From assembly GCA_039815375.1 (NCBI GenBank), contig JBCBZJ010000002.1, forward strand, positions 207,920-271,919: a stretch of 64,000 nucleotides of DNA, given 5' to 3'. The notes below the pieces were generated by a model. That model worked only from the letters and a program-made list of their open reading frames with translations. It had not been told where the DNA came from and searched no databases. Source of the stretch: Verrucomicrobiota bacterium (GTDB lineage: Bacteria; Verrucomicrobiota; Verrucomicrobiia; Opitutales; Coraliomargaritaceae). The position numbers and the translations under genes were made by a program. Positions 1-9,226 of this stretch are shown here, one piece after another (the first letter of the stretch is position 1; every line of letters begins with the position of its first letter).

Positions 1-23
1 GGCAGCTCAGTGTTTAGAGAGGA

Positions 24-49
24 GTTGATGACTCGAGTCGTCACTCTAC
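24..49 (-). repeat. GTAG-type REP-like palindrome (single copy seen)
   Basis: Minus strand reads GTAG-AG-TGACGAC-TCGA-GTCATCA: a GTAG tetranucleotide followed by an imperfect palindrome. No second copy noticed in the window. Confidence 0.35.
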
Positions 50-151
50 GTCGGTTCTAATCGCAACGATTCTGAATATCCCGAATAGTCCTGAAAATGT
101 TCAATGCGCAATACTGTATAAACTATGGGCGTTGGGCATTGTGGCTTCTGA

Positions 152-208
152 TCACACAACCATGTCTTCGCAGTAAGATAGAGAGTTTACGATATTTGCT
201 GTGAGCAT
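152..208 (-). CDS. possible 18-aa micro-ORF (MLTANIVNSLSYCEDMVV)
   Basis: ATG preceded by a strong SD-like GGAGGAG about 7 nt upstream. No recognisable family. Confidence 0.25.
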   Translation of the reverse strand: MLTANIVNSLSYCEDMVV

Positions 209-279
209 GCGTGATCTCCTCCGCCTGCTTAGCATTGAATAGAAGGCAGGCGTGGAAGAGGGAGGGGTTCAGAGTAAAT

Positions 280-310
280 AAAAACGCCGCAGTTTTAGCT
301 GCGGCGTTTT
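280..310. terminator. intrinsic terminator, bidirectional type; ends the ilvD-pgi-hypothetical-lipoprotein run
   Basis: AAAAACGCCGCAG-ttttag-CTGCGGCGTTTT: perfect GC-rich stem flanked by A and T tracts. Confidence 0.8.
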
Positions 311-346
311 GAAAGAGGAATGTTTGATAAGGAAAGCTATAGGATC

Positions 347-484
347 TCAAAAGCCCGGGGCTCCACGCTCCCAATCGGCAGGACGACTCCAAGGCACTGC
401 TGTATCATCAGGCGTAGCGTTGAAACAGCCAGCGAGTCCGAGTGTGCTTGTGCAAATTGCCAGGACGATGAGAAGTCTTATCAT
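347..484 (-). CDS. 45-aa small lipoprotein (not in ORF track)
   Basis: Manual translation MIRLLIVLAICTSTLGLAGC-FNATPDDTAVPWSRPADWERGAPGF: hydrophobic signal plus LAGC lipobox. Starts 17 nt after the upstream stop and ends before the terminator. Confidence 0.75.
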   Translation of the reverse strand: MIRLLIVLAICTSTLGLAGCFNATPDDTAVPWSRPADWERGAPGF

Positions 485-501
485 GCTTTTATGGAATCTA
501 G

Positions 502-1344
502 TTATCGTAGAAGTTTAACGCTATCTCCAGCTGCGAGACCACTGCTGAGGACACCGGGAAGAATGTTGGCGATTGCCAGAGTTTCTGTCACCGTCGAAAT
601 CTGGACCTTCCCGACAGCCTGAAGATCTTGAACCAACGTGATGGTCTGTCCTGGGGCAAGACCCAGCTCGGGTCGGCTATCGAGCACAAGAAGACCGCTC
701 GATGAGCTGACATTTTGAATAGTTGTGGCGGGGCCAACACTGACGGGAGAGATGGTTCCACCAGCTGTTGGGTCAAGGCTTAGGCTAACTCCACTGCCTG
801 CGACGGGTGCAACGGTTGCTGGGCCGGATGCAGCGAGGGCGGTGTTTTTCGGGAGTGCTTTGGCCTCTTCAAGATCTGCCTCCAATTCTTCATTGGCTTC
901 GGATAGCTCAGCAATGCGTTCGTTAAGCTGATTGATTTCTGCTTCTCGGCTGGCAGAGGCCAGTTTTTGTTCGGTGTCGAGTAGGTCGGCCCGAAGGCGG
1001 CGTGTGGTATCTTCGAGTTCTTCGATGCTACCACGTGCCTGCGTCATATCCTGCTGGGCCTTGGTCAGCTCCTGACGAGAGGTATAAAGCTCTGCGCGGA
1101 CACCTTCGAGGTTTCGTTTGGTCTCAGCAGCCTTGTTACGTTCGGTGTTCAGGTTGGCTTCCAACTCACCAATCTTTCCATTAGCGGTGGTTAGCTCGGC
1201 TCTACTTGTGTCGGCCGCTTCCTGTGCGTCGTTGAGTTGCGCGTCCAACTCCGCAAGCTTACCTTTGCTCACGAAGAAAATTACGGCAGCCGCGACTGCT
1301 GCCGCGATCGCGAAGACGCGAAGGATTAGGGATAGGTATTTCAT
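502..1344 (-). CDS. membrane-anchored coiled-coil hypothetical protein with small C-terminal beta domain
   Basis: N-terminal TM helix, about 135 aa of heptad-rich E/A/L/K/Q sequence, a low-complexity linker and a beta-rich C-terminus. Confidence 0.8.
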   Translation of the reverse strand: MKYLSLILRVFAIAAAVAAAVIFFVSKGKLAELDAQLNDAQEAADTSRAELTTANGKIGELEANLNTERNKAAETKRNLEGVRAELYTSRQELTKAQQDMTQARGSIEELEDTTRRLRADLLDTEQKLASASREAEINQLNERIAELSEANEELEADLEEAKALPKNTALAASGPATVAPVAGSGVSLSLDPTAGGTISPVSVGPATTIQNVSSSSGLLVLDSRPELGLAPGQTITLVQDLQAVGKVQISTVTETLAIANILPGVLSSGLAAGDSVKLLR

Positions 1345-1365
1345 GGTAGTTGGGATTTGTTCGAG

Positions 1366-2940
1366 TTATACAGTGTAAAATAGACTATCGGTGATGGGTG
1401 ATTTGCTTTCCATGGCGATGCCACGGTCGTTTGCAGCCAGATGGGTGAGTAACTTGAATATGAGTTCGGCTGCCGAATCTTGATTTAAGTTTTGTGCAAT
1501 CGTAACAGTAGTCAATCGTTCTCCGGGCCTTTCGGCGAGAGTTTTTACAATGGCTCTTTCGAGCTCTAGCACGCCTGCGGCAGCTTTTTTGCCAGCCTCG
1601 ACACCGGGTTGATGATAGGCGTTTATATTGACCAATGTGGCGTAAAAACCGACCGCACGTTCAAAGAGTGCGATGAGTTGGCCGACAGCTTCGGGAGTAA
1701 CCTCGTCGATTGTGATAGTGATCGACTGACGGCCATTTTCATAGAGTGCATCGCGAGTGCCAAGATAGAAGCCTTGGAGGAAGTCGCCGGCGGTGATGCC
1801 TTCTTCGACTTCGATGGATGCGCCGGCGCGGTCTTTGAGCACTTCAATGAAAGTGACGAAGAAATTGTGCACGCCTTCACGGAGCTGCTGCACGTAAGCG
1901 TGCTGGTCAGTCGAGCCCTTGTTACCATAAACGGCGATACCCTGATTGACAATGGCACCGGCGAGGTCGAATTCCTTGCCGAGCGACTCCATGACGAGTT
2001 GTTGAAGGTATTTTGAAAAGAGCATGAGCCGGTCTTTGTAAGGTAACACGACCATGTCTTTCGCACCTTTGCCGTCGGTCGCAAAATGCCACATCAGTGC
2101 GAGCAGGGCGGCGGGGTTTTGTGCAGTCTCGTTACTGCGGGTTGCGGCGTCCATGGCAGCGGCACCGGCGAGCATCCGGTCAATGTCGAGGCCTTGAAGT
2201 GCTGCAGGGAGTAGGCCGACTGCGGCGAGTTCTGAGGTGCGTCCGCCAACCCAGTCCCACATGGGGAGGCGGGCAAGCCAGCCTTCGGATACAGCGACGC
2301 CATCAAGCTTGGAACCTTCTCCGGTGATGGCGATTGCGTGCTTTGCAAATTCGAGGCCAGCGGCACTGTAGGCGGCTTGAGCCTCAAGCATTCCGTTGCG
2401 GGTTTCGGGAGTGCCGCCGGATTTTGAAATGACAACGGAGAGCGTTGCGCCGAGCTGTCCTTCGAGAGCTTCGAGGGTGCGGTCAATGCCGTCCGGGTCA
2501 GTATTGTCGAAGAAAAAGAGCTTCATCTTGTCGCCCTTTTGGCTTCCCAGGGCGTCGGCCACAAACTGTGGTCCAAGAGCGGAGCCGCCGATGCCGACGA
2601 CAAGGCAGTTTTTGAATGGGCCATTTGCGCCGGCGAGCTCTCCGGCGTGAACATCGGCAGCGATTTGCCTGATATCGGCGAGGCAGGTTTCGATCGCACT
2701 GGTAAGTTCCGGCTGCGGTGCAAGTGCTGCATTTCGTAGCCAGTAGTGGCCAACCATTCGGTTTTCGTCCGGATTGGCGATGGCACCGGCCTCGAGCTCA
2801 GTCATCGCAGTGAACGCGGCCTGCATTTTTGGCTCCATTTCGGCAAGGAATTCGTCGCCGAAATCGATGCGGCTGATATCGAGTGCGAAATCGAGCTCAG
2901 GCAGTGAAAGGTAATGCTTCGTGAATTTTTCCCAGGACAT
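1366..2940 (-). CDS. pgi: glucose-6-phosphate isomerase
   Basis: [37 protein letters not shown] and QPGVEAGK motifs. Confidence 0.97.
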   Translation of the reverse strand: MSWEKFTKHYLSLPELDFALDISRIDFGDEFLAEMEPKMQAAFTAMTELEAGAIANPDENRMVGHYWLRNAALAPQPELTSAIETCLADIRQIAADVHAGELAGANGPFKNCLVVGIGGSALGPQFVADALGSQKGDKMKLFFFDNTDPDGIDRTLEALEGQLGATLSVVISKSGGTPETRNGMLEAQAAYSAAGLEFAKHAIAITGEGSKLDGVAVSEGWLARLPMWDWVGGRTSELAAVGLLPAALQGLDIDRMLAGAAAMDAATRSNETAQNPAALLALMWHFATDGKGAKDMVVLPYKDRLMLFSKYLQQLVMESLGKEFDLAGAIVNQGIAVYGNKGSTDQHAYVQQLREGVHNFFVTFIEVLKDRAGASIEVEEGITAGDFLQGFYLGTRDALYENGRQSITITIDEVTPEAVGQLIALFERAVGFYATLVNINAYHQPGVEAGKKAAAGVLELERAIVKTLAERPGERLTTVTIAQNLNQDSAAELIFKLLTHLAANDRGIAMESKSPITDSLFYTV

Positions 2941-2972
2941 AATTATTTAATATAAAAGTGGAGGTTTGAAAT

Positions 2973-4688
2973 TTAAAGATTCTTGTCGGTGACGGCACCA
3001 TCGGAAGCGGTGGCAACGAGAGCGGCGTATTTACCGAGCACGCCGCGTGTTTCTCCGGGGCCCTTCGGCTCAAAAGCCGCCATGCGGGACTCGTATTCGT
3101 CGTCGTCGATCAGAACATTCATGCTGTTCTTCACTGCGTCGATTTCGATCATGTCGCCACTCTTTACGATCCCGATCGGCCCCCCCTTGGCAGCCTCGGG
3201 TGTAATATGCCCCACATCAAATCCATGACTGCCACCGGAGAAGCGTCCGTCAGTAATCAGAGCAACCTCTTTGATCAGCCCGCGGCCAGCAACTGCACTG
3301 GTTGGCGAAAGCATTTCACGCATTCCGGGTCCACCGACAGGGCCTTCGTTGCGAATGACGACGACGTCGCCGGAAACGACATCGCCACGAAGGATCGCGA
3401 TCAGAGCTTCTTCTTCGCCCTCGTAGACTTTGGCCGTGCCTTTGAAGTAAAGACCTTCCTTGCCGGTGATTTTACCGACTGCGCCACCAGGGGCTAGATT
3501 ACCGCGAAGGATACGAAGGTGGGTGCTGCTTTTAATCGGGTCGTCCCATGGGCGGATAACGTCTTGTTCATCCGGGAAGCTTGCATAAGGCTGCACGTTT
3601 TTCAGAGATTCGGCCAGCGTCTCACCCGTTACGGTGAGTGCGTCGCCATGGAGGAGTCCGCGGTCGAGCAGCATCTTCATCATTGGGCGAATACCGCCGA
3701 TGCGGATGAGGTGGTTCATACTGTATTTGCCAAAGGGTTTGAGGTCGCCCATGACGGGCACACGTTCACCGAGTTCGGCAAAGTCATCAATGGTCAGTGG
3801 CACGTCGCAGGAATGCGCGATGGCAAGCAAGTGAAGCACGAGATTGGTTGAGCCGCCTAGCGCAACGCAGGTCGTGATGGCATTTTCAAAGGCCTCGCGA
3901 GTCATGATATCGCGCGGAGTGATGCCTTTCTCGAGCATCGTGACGACCGCTTTGCCAGCCATCTCGCAGTCCTTGCGTTTGGACTCACTGACGGCGGCTT
4001 GGGCCGAACTGCCGGGTAGACTCATTCCGAGGGCCTCGATCGCGCTGGCCAGGGTGTTAGCGGTATACATGCCGCCGCAGGAGCCTGCACCGGGAATGGC
4101 ATATTTCTCGACCTCCTTGAGTTCCTCATCGGTAAGCTCGCCCTTCGCGTGTTTGCCAACGGCTTCGAAGACCGAGACAATATCCATCGGGTTGCACTGC
4201 TCCTCCTCGTCTTTTGGGAGGAAGCCTGGAAGGATGGTGCCACCATAGACGAAAACCGCCGGGCGATTGAGGCGGGCGATTGCGATCATGCAGCCAGGCA
4301 TATTTTTATCACAGCCACCGATGGCCACGAGACCATCAAAGCCTTCTGCCGCGACCGTGGTTTCGATGGAGTCGGCGATCACGTCACGCGAAACGAGACT
4401 GTAGCGCATACCCTTTGTGCCCATGCTGATACCGTCGGAAACGGTGATGGTGCTGAAGTTGACTGCCTTGCCGCCTGCCTTATTAATCCCGTTTGTAGCG
4501 TGTTTGGCGAGGTCGCCGAGGTGCATGTTGCAGGGAGTCAGGTCGCTGGGGGAACCGACTACGGAGATCTGTGGTTTTTGAAAGTCGACATCTTCAAAGC
4601 CGACAGCGCGCAACATCGAGCGGGCAGGCGCGCGGTCATGGCCATCGACGACGACGGAGGAGTGGGGACGTTTGTTTCGTTCAGCCAT
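2973..4688 (-). CDS. ilvD: dihydroxy-acid dehydratase
   Basis: PCNMHL, SDGISMG, GCDKNMPG, CGGMYTANT, GPGMREML and TDGRFSGG motifs. Confidence 0.97.
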   Translation of the reverse strand: MAERNKRPHSSVVVDGHDRAPARSMLRAVGFEDVDFQKPQISVVGSPSDLTPCNMHLGDLAKHATNGINKAGGKAVNFSTITVSDGISMGTKGMRYSLVSRDVIADSIETTVAAEGFDGLVAIGGCDKNMPGCMIAIARLNRPAVFVYGGTILPGFLPKDEEEQCNPMDIVSVFEAVGKHAKGELTDEELKEVEKYAIPGAGSCGGMYTANTLASAIEALGMSLPGSSAQAAVSESKRKDCEMAGKAVVTMLEKGITPRDIMTREAFENAITTCVALGGSTNLVLHLLAIAHSCDVPLTIDDFAELGERVPVMGDLKPFGKYSMNHLIRIGGIRPMMKMLLDRGLLHGDALTVTGETLAESLKNVQPYASFPDEQDVIRPWDDPIKSSTHLRILRGNLAPGGAVGKITGKEGLYFKGTAKVYEGEEEALIAILRGDVVSGDVVVIRNEGPVGGPGMREMLSPTSAVAGRGLIKEVALITDGRFSGGSHGFDVGHITPEAAKGGPIGIVKSGDMIEIDAVKNSMNVLIDDDEYESRMAAFEPKGPGETRGVLGKYAALVATASDGAVTDKNL

Positions 4689-4822
4689 TATCTTTGTCTT
4701 TAATTCGTTGGTCCGGGTCTTTCTCGTTGCAGAAAAACCGGGAATTCAATCAATAGCGGATATCTCGACAACTCCCTTTTTGCTCTACAAGGCCGATATT
4801 AGCTATTTCAGTAACGCGTTAT

Positions 4823-5614
4823 ATGGATTTTGACCTGAAAAAGACTCTCGAAGCACTTCTTCTCTCCACCGCTGAACCAATTACAATGAAACAATTGGTA
4901 AAGCTTTTTACACGTTTCCACGAGGAGGCAACTGCGGCTGCAGAGGAAGCAAAAGAGTCCACGGAAGAAGATGCGAATGAAGTTGAGTTGCCGAATCTGG
5001 TCACGCAGGCGCAGATTCTTGAGATTGTTACCGCTTTAATGGATGCGGCAGAGGTTGAAGACAAGGCCTACCGCATTATTGAGGGACCGAACGGTTACCA
5101 GATCGTAACTGCACCGCAGTTTGCAGAGTTTGTTCGGCTGCTTCGAGGAGAGCCGCGTCCAATGAAGTTGAGTCCCGCTGCTCTTGAAACCATGTCGATC
5201 GTCGCTTACCGTCAACCGGTGACACGAGCCGAAATGGAAGCGATCAGAGGTGTCTCGGTGGATAGTGCACTGAACAAACTGCTTGAGCTTGAGCTGGTCC
5301 ATGTAACGGGTCGCGCGGAACTTCCCGGCCGCCCGATTCAGTATGGCACTACGGATAAGTTTCTCGAGTTCACCGGTATTAAGGAGCTCGACGAGTTACC
5401 CGCATCCGATGTGTTGACCAACCATCAGATCGACGAATGGATGCGGCGCAGCGATGAGCCTGTGGAAGAGATTTCTGATGAAGATGTCGGTCTGGCAAGA
5501 GAGCCTAACCCGGATGAACTGCCGTTGGATCAAGCTTTTGCCGAAATCGACTGGCAGGCTGAAAATGCTGAGAGTGATGCGGCTGATCAGGTTGCTGAAG
5601 TTGACGAAAAGTAG
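4823..5614 (+). CDS. scpB: SMC-Scp complex subunit ScpB
   Basis: LEALLL, LSPAALETMSIVAYRQPVTRAEMEAIRGV, GRAELPGRP..YGTT..FL; acidic tail. Confidence 0.95.
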   Translation: MDFDLKKTLEALLLSTAEPITMKQLVKLFTRFHEEATAAAEEAKESTEEDANEVELPNLVTQAQILEIVTALMDAAEVEDKAYRIIEGPNGYQIVTAPQFAEFVRLLRGEPRPMKLSPAALETMSIVAYRQPVTRAEMEAIRGVSVDSALNKLLELELVHVTGRAELPGRPIQYGTTDKFLEFTGIKELDELPASDVLTNHQIDEWMRRSDEPVEEISDEDVGLAREPNPDELPLDQAFAEIDWQAENAESDAADQVAEVDEK

Positions 5615-5620
5615 GACCTT

Positions 5621-6916
5621 ATGGCCGAAAATATTAACTTACAGCTCCAGCAACACCGCGATGCCATCGACTCGATCGATAATCAGGTTGTTGATCTCCT
5701 GAATCAACGCGTCCAGCAGGATGGCGGCCGCAGCGAGGAAGAGGTTCTCGAGAAAGTTGCCCGGATGAACAATGGGCCACTTTCTGATGAGAGCCTCCAA
5801 GCAATCTATACCTCGTTGATGGTTGCAGGTATGGCGTTGACAGCAGAAGCCCGAGACCCGGATGAAGTGGATCAATCAGATCTGAAGATTATCAGTTTGC
5901 TCAGCCAGCGGGTGAAGGAGGCAGGTGCTATTGGGAAGATTAAACATGCCAACGGTGCAGATTACTACGATCCAACGCGCGAGGCCATTGTCATGGCTAA
6001 GGTCAAGGGGTTGAATACGGGTCCGATCAGCGACGCGACGATCCAGTCCGTTTATCGTGAGGTTATTTCCGGGTCTATTTCTTTGGAGAAGAAACTTGTA
6101 ATCGGCTACCTCGGACCCGAAGCGACCTACACACATCAGGCTGCTATCCGAAATTTCGGTGTGAGTCTGGATTATCGTGCAATCAAAACGATACCAGATG
6201 TTTTTGCTGAGGTTGAGAGTGGTAAAGCGGATTATGGTGTCATTCCGATTGAAAACTCTACAGAAGGAGCCGTTTTCCACTCTATGGATATGCTGGTCGA
6301 GTCCGAGCTGCATATTTGTTCCCAGGTCTATTTGCCGATTGAGCATTGTTTGATTTCGCATTCGCCACTCGATGCAATCAAGGAGGTCTGCTCCAAGGAT
6401 CAGGCGATCGGTCAATGCCGCGATTGGCTGCATGCAAATCTTTCAGATGTCGCCAGCAGGGACGTGGTCAGCACTGCCGAAGCCGTTCGATTGGCGAGCA
6501 AAGATCCCTCGCTCGCGGCGATCGCTAGTTCACTTTCCGCGCAGTATTATGGCGTGCCTATCGTTGAACGGGGGATTCAGGATCGAAATGACAACGTCAC
6601 GCGCTTTCTTGTGATTGGCAAAACGCGGGCGAAACCCCTTTGTCAGGGGCTTGATAAAACGAGCTTGGTAATCTCTCTTAAGGACCAACCAGGTGCGCTG
6701 GAGAAAACGCTCCGTCCATTCGCTTCTCGCAGTCTAAACCTAAGTAAAATCGAGTCACGGCCGAGCCGGAAGAAGGCCTGGGACTATCTCTTTTTCATCG
6801 ATTTTATCGGGCACTATGAAGACGCTGTGGTGCAGGATGCGTTGAAGGAGCTCCGTGAGCACTGCGAGTTCGTCAAATGGCTGGGTAGCTATCCGAATTT
6901 GCCGCGCGGCGACTAG
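5621..6916 (+). CDS. pheA: chorismate mutase/prephenate dehydratase (P-protein) with tandem AroQ-like N-terminal repeats
   Basis: YLGPEATYT, PIENSTEG, NVTRFLVI, ACT domain (NLSKIESRPS, LGSYP); two AroQ-like segments at the N-terminus. Confidence 0.93.
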   Translation: MAENINLQLQQHRDAIDSIDNQVVDLLNQRVQQDGGRSEEEVLEKVARMNNGPLSDESLQAIYTSLMVAGMALTAEARDPDEVDQSDLKIISLLSQRVKEAGAIGKIKHANGADYYDPTREAIVMAKVKGLNTGPISDATIQSVYREVISGSISLEKKLVIGYLGPEATYTHQAAIRNFGVSLDYRAIKTIPDVFAEVESGKADYGVIPIENSTEGAVFHSMDMLVESELHICSQVYLPIEHCLISHSPLDAIKEVCSKDQAIGQCRDWLHANLSDVASRDVVSTAEAVRLASKDPSLAAIASSLSAQYYGVPIVERGIQDRNDNVTRFLVIGKTRAKPLCQGLDKTSLVISLKDQPGALEKTLRPFASRSLNLSKIESRPSRKKAWDYLFFIDFIGHYEDAVVQDALKELREHCEFVKWLGSYPNLPRGD

Positions 6917-6957
6917 CCTGAGAGTTGATTTCTCAAAATCGTTCGGACGAATTGATT

Positions 6958-8028
6958 CTAAGCGGCTGGGGTGGGGGCTCTTGAATCCTGACGATCCAGC
7001 TCCCTGTTCATCAGTTGGTGGAATCCCTTAGGATAAAAAGCAAGCAGACTGAGCAGAGGGTAACCGAGCGGCAGACGGTAGCTATCCCGATGTGAACGTA
7101 GATAGATATATTCATTGCCTGCATTCAAATGGTGGTCTGCATGGCGCTGCACCATAAAGGTTTGGTAGTTGGAAAAACGGTGGTAGGAGTCCCACGAGTG
7201 ATGCGCGGCGACTTTCTCGCTTTCTTCCCGCTTGAGCCCATAATGTTCAAGGTAGAAGGCCGCCTCACTAAAAAGAACCGAGAAAAGCGCTATCGCGGTA
7301 TAAAGTAGAAGGCCGGGGATCCCTCCGAGAGAGAATGCGATGCCAAGCATAAGCACTGGGATGCCGAAGTAACTCAGATAAGGATTCTTCAAGCTGAACC
7401 GTTGGATTTGATGCTTCCGAATCCGTTCGTCGACAATGCGGCAGCTTTCCGCATATGACTTAGGATACGACTCGACGAGATATTTCCAGTAAGACGCATC
7501 GCGTGACGGAGCGTGGTTGTCCTTTTCGGTTGCGACGTGGGCATGATGGTTGCGGATATGAGCAATTGGGAAGTGCCAATAGCCGAAGGCATTAAAAGCA
7601 AATTGCCCGAAGGCGACTTTGGTTTTCTGTTTGCGATGAATGAGCTCATGGCCAGCAGCAGCAAGGACGCCGCCAGCACAGGCAAAGGATACAATCGCAA
7701 CTGTAGTCTCCCACCAGTTCAAAGTGTCAAGAACTGCGATCAGCCACAGCAGGCAGACGAAGAAGAAAACTACATAGGTTAGGGTGGAGTAGGATAGAAC
7801 TTCCTGAAGCTTGGGATGAACCTTCTCCTGCTTGATCGTCAGCATATGTTCCCCGACGAAATGATCGAGCGCTGGAACAACAATGAACATCATCAGAGTC
7901 GGTAGGAGCATCCAGTAGGATCCGCCGATCAGCCCCAGGGCCGCGAGAGCTAGAATGAATTGCGGGAAGAGTCCCCGGATAAGGGCTTCGCGGTTCTGTA
8001 GATCGAATAACTTGATGGTTTCAGGCAT
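6958..8028 (-). CDS. AlkB-family membrane diiron monooxygenase (fatty-acid desaturase superfamily)
   Basis: His boxes HELIH, HIRNHH and QRHADHH plus the AlkB/XylM-type YLEHYGL motif; multiple TM helices. Confidence 0.85.
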   Translation of the reverse strand: MPETIKLFDLQNREALIRGLFPQFILALAALGLIGGSYWMLLPTLMMFIVVPALDHFVGEHMLTIKQEKVHPKLQEVLSYSTLTYVVFFFVCLLWLIAVLDTLNWWETTVAIVSFACAGGVLAAAGHELIHRKQKTKVAFGQFAFNAFGYWHFPIAHIRNHHAHVATEKDNHAPSRDASYWKYLVESYPKSYAESCRIVDERIRKHQIQRFSLKNPYLSYFGIPVLMLGIAFSLGGIPGLLLYTAIALFSVLFSEAAFYLEHYGLKREESEKVAAHHSWDSYHRFSNYQTFMVQRHADHHLNAGNEYIYLRSHRDSYRLPLGYPLLSLLAFYPKGFHQLMNRELDRQDSRAPTPAA

Positions 8029-8038
8029 TTTCCGTTCG

Positions 8039-9226
8039 CTAGAAACGATATCCTAAAGAGAGCGAAAAGGCGGTGCTATCAAGGTCGTAGTCTCCGTTTA
8101 CGGTAGGAAAGTTATTGCCTGATACACGACGGGGGTCAGCAACGGCTTGCTGGAAAGTCAACATCCAGAAAAAATGTTCCAGGTCCTGTCCCACGCCTAT
8201 CGAAAAAAAGTGGCGATCTTCGTCTGGGACAATCGGTAGGAAGTCGTCATCAGGAATCGCGTTTTCGACGAAGGTGTAACCTGCGCTTAGATGCCAACCA
8301 TTCTCGAAGAAGCGGGTGGCGCCGAACTCCCAAATGTATGCAGAGATCCAATTCAATTGATAAGAGGCAGCGGGCACGCCATCAATCGTCAGCTCATTGA
8401 CCCGGTCCCAGTTGGTCCAGTCCAGGTTGAATTCGAAGTTCCACTTCTCGTTTGGCTTATAGGCGTATCCGGCAACAATTGATTCTGGAAAAATAAGATC
8501 GACTTGTGCATCCACTGGGAAGCCCATTGTGAGCAAGCCCTGCGCAGTGCCTTCATATGTAAGTTCCGTTTTGGCCTGATAGTTGAGACCAAAGCTATGC
8601 TGTTCGCTTGGCCTCCAAAGGACAGAAACCGTGTAGCCGAAAGTCTGGTCGTCGCCTTCATACTCCAGTGCGTTGGTAAGAAGCTCGACATCGCTGTCGT
8701 CGAAACTGACGCCAATACCGACTGAAAGCGAGTTATTGATCTGCCAGGAAAGGGTGGGCTGGTATTTGACGTAGGCCAGTTGTCCTTCGTAAGGAACTGC
8801 AACCCCCAATAATCCGGATGCAAAAGATGCATCGCTGCCCCAATCCGTGCCAAGTGCGAAGGGAGCATATGCGCCAAAGCCCACGGCTATCGGCAAATCT
8901 TCGAAGTTGTGTGCAATGTAAAGGCTCGGGATGGGTTGAAACGCATCGTCTATGTCGTCGCTTGCGCCGAAGTCTCCTTCATATTCAAACGTCGCTGAGA
9001 TAGCGAGTAAGTTAGCACGAAATTCCGTGCCTTCAATCTGGATGAGACCGGCGGCGTTGTAGAAAATCGCTGATGCGTTGTCAGCCGTGGCGGTAAATGC
9101 GTTCCCGCGTGCAGTAGCGAACGCGTCGAGATAGGCAAAGCGAGTGGCGGCCGCTTGTAACCCGTAAGGAGGGATCGTGACGAAAAGAAGGCTTAGGGCT
9201 ATGAGGCTTGTACGTAGTGAAATCAT
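8039..9226 (-). CDS. FadL/OmpP1/TodX outer-membrane channel for long-chain hydrophobic molecules
   Basis: Signal peptide, ARGNAFTATADNASAIFYNAAGL hatch motif, C-terminal GYRF. The ATG at 9226 overlaps the upstream stop (ATGA). Confidence 0.9.
   Translation of the reverse strand: MISLRTSLIALSLLFVTIPPYGLQAAATRFAYLDAFATARGNAFTATADNASAIFYNAAGLIQIEGTEFRANLLAISATFEYEGDFGASDDIDDAFQPIPSLYIAHNFEDLPIAVGFGAYAPFALGTDWGSDASFASGLLGVAVPYEGQLAYVKYQPTLSWQINNSLSVGIGVSFDDSDVELLTNALEYEGDDQTFGYTVSVLWRPSEQHSFGLNYQAKTELTYEGTAQGLLTMGFPVDAQVDLIFPESIVAGYAYKPNEKWNFEFNLDWTNWDRVNELTIDGVPAASYQLNWISAYIWEFGATRFFENGWHLSAGYTFVENAIPDDDFLPIVPDEDRHFFSIGVGQDLEHFFWMLTFQQAVADPRRVSGNNFPTVNGDYDLDSTAFSLSLGYRF

Noticed and set aside
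1..75. tRNA-like start (GGCAGCTCAG...)
   Set aside because: No cloverleaf, no proper T-arm or acceptor stem.
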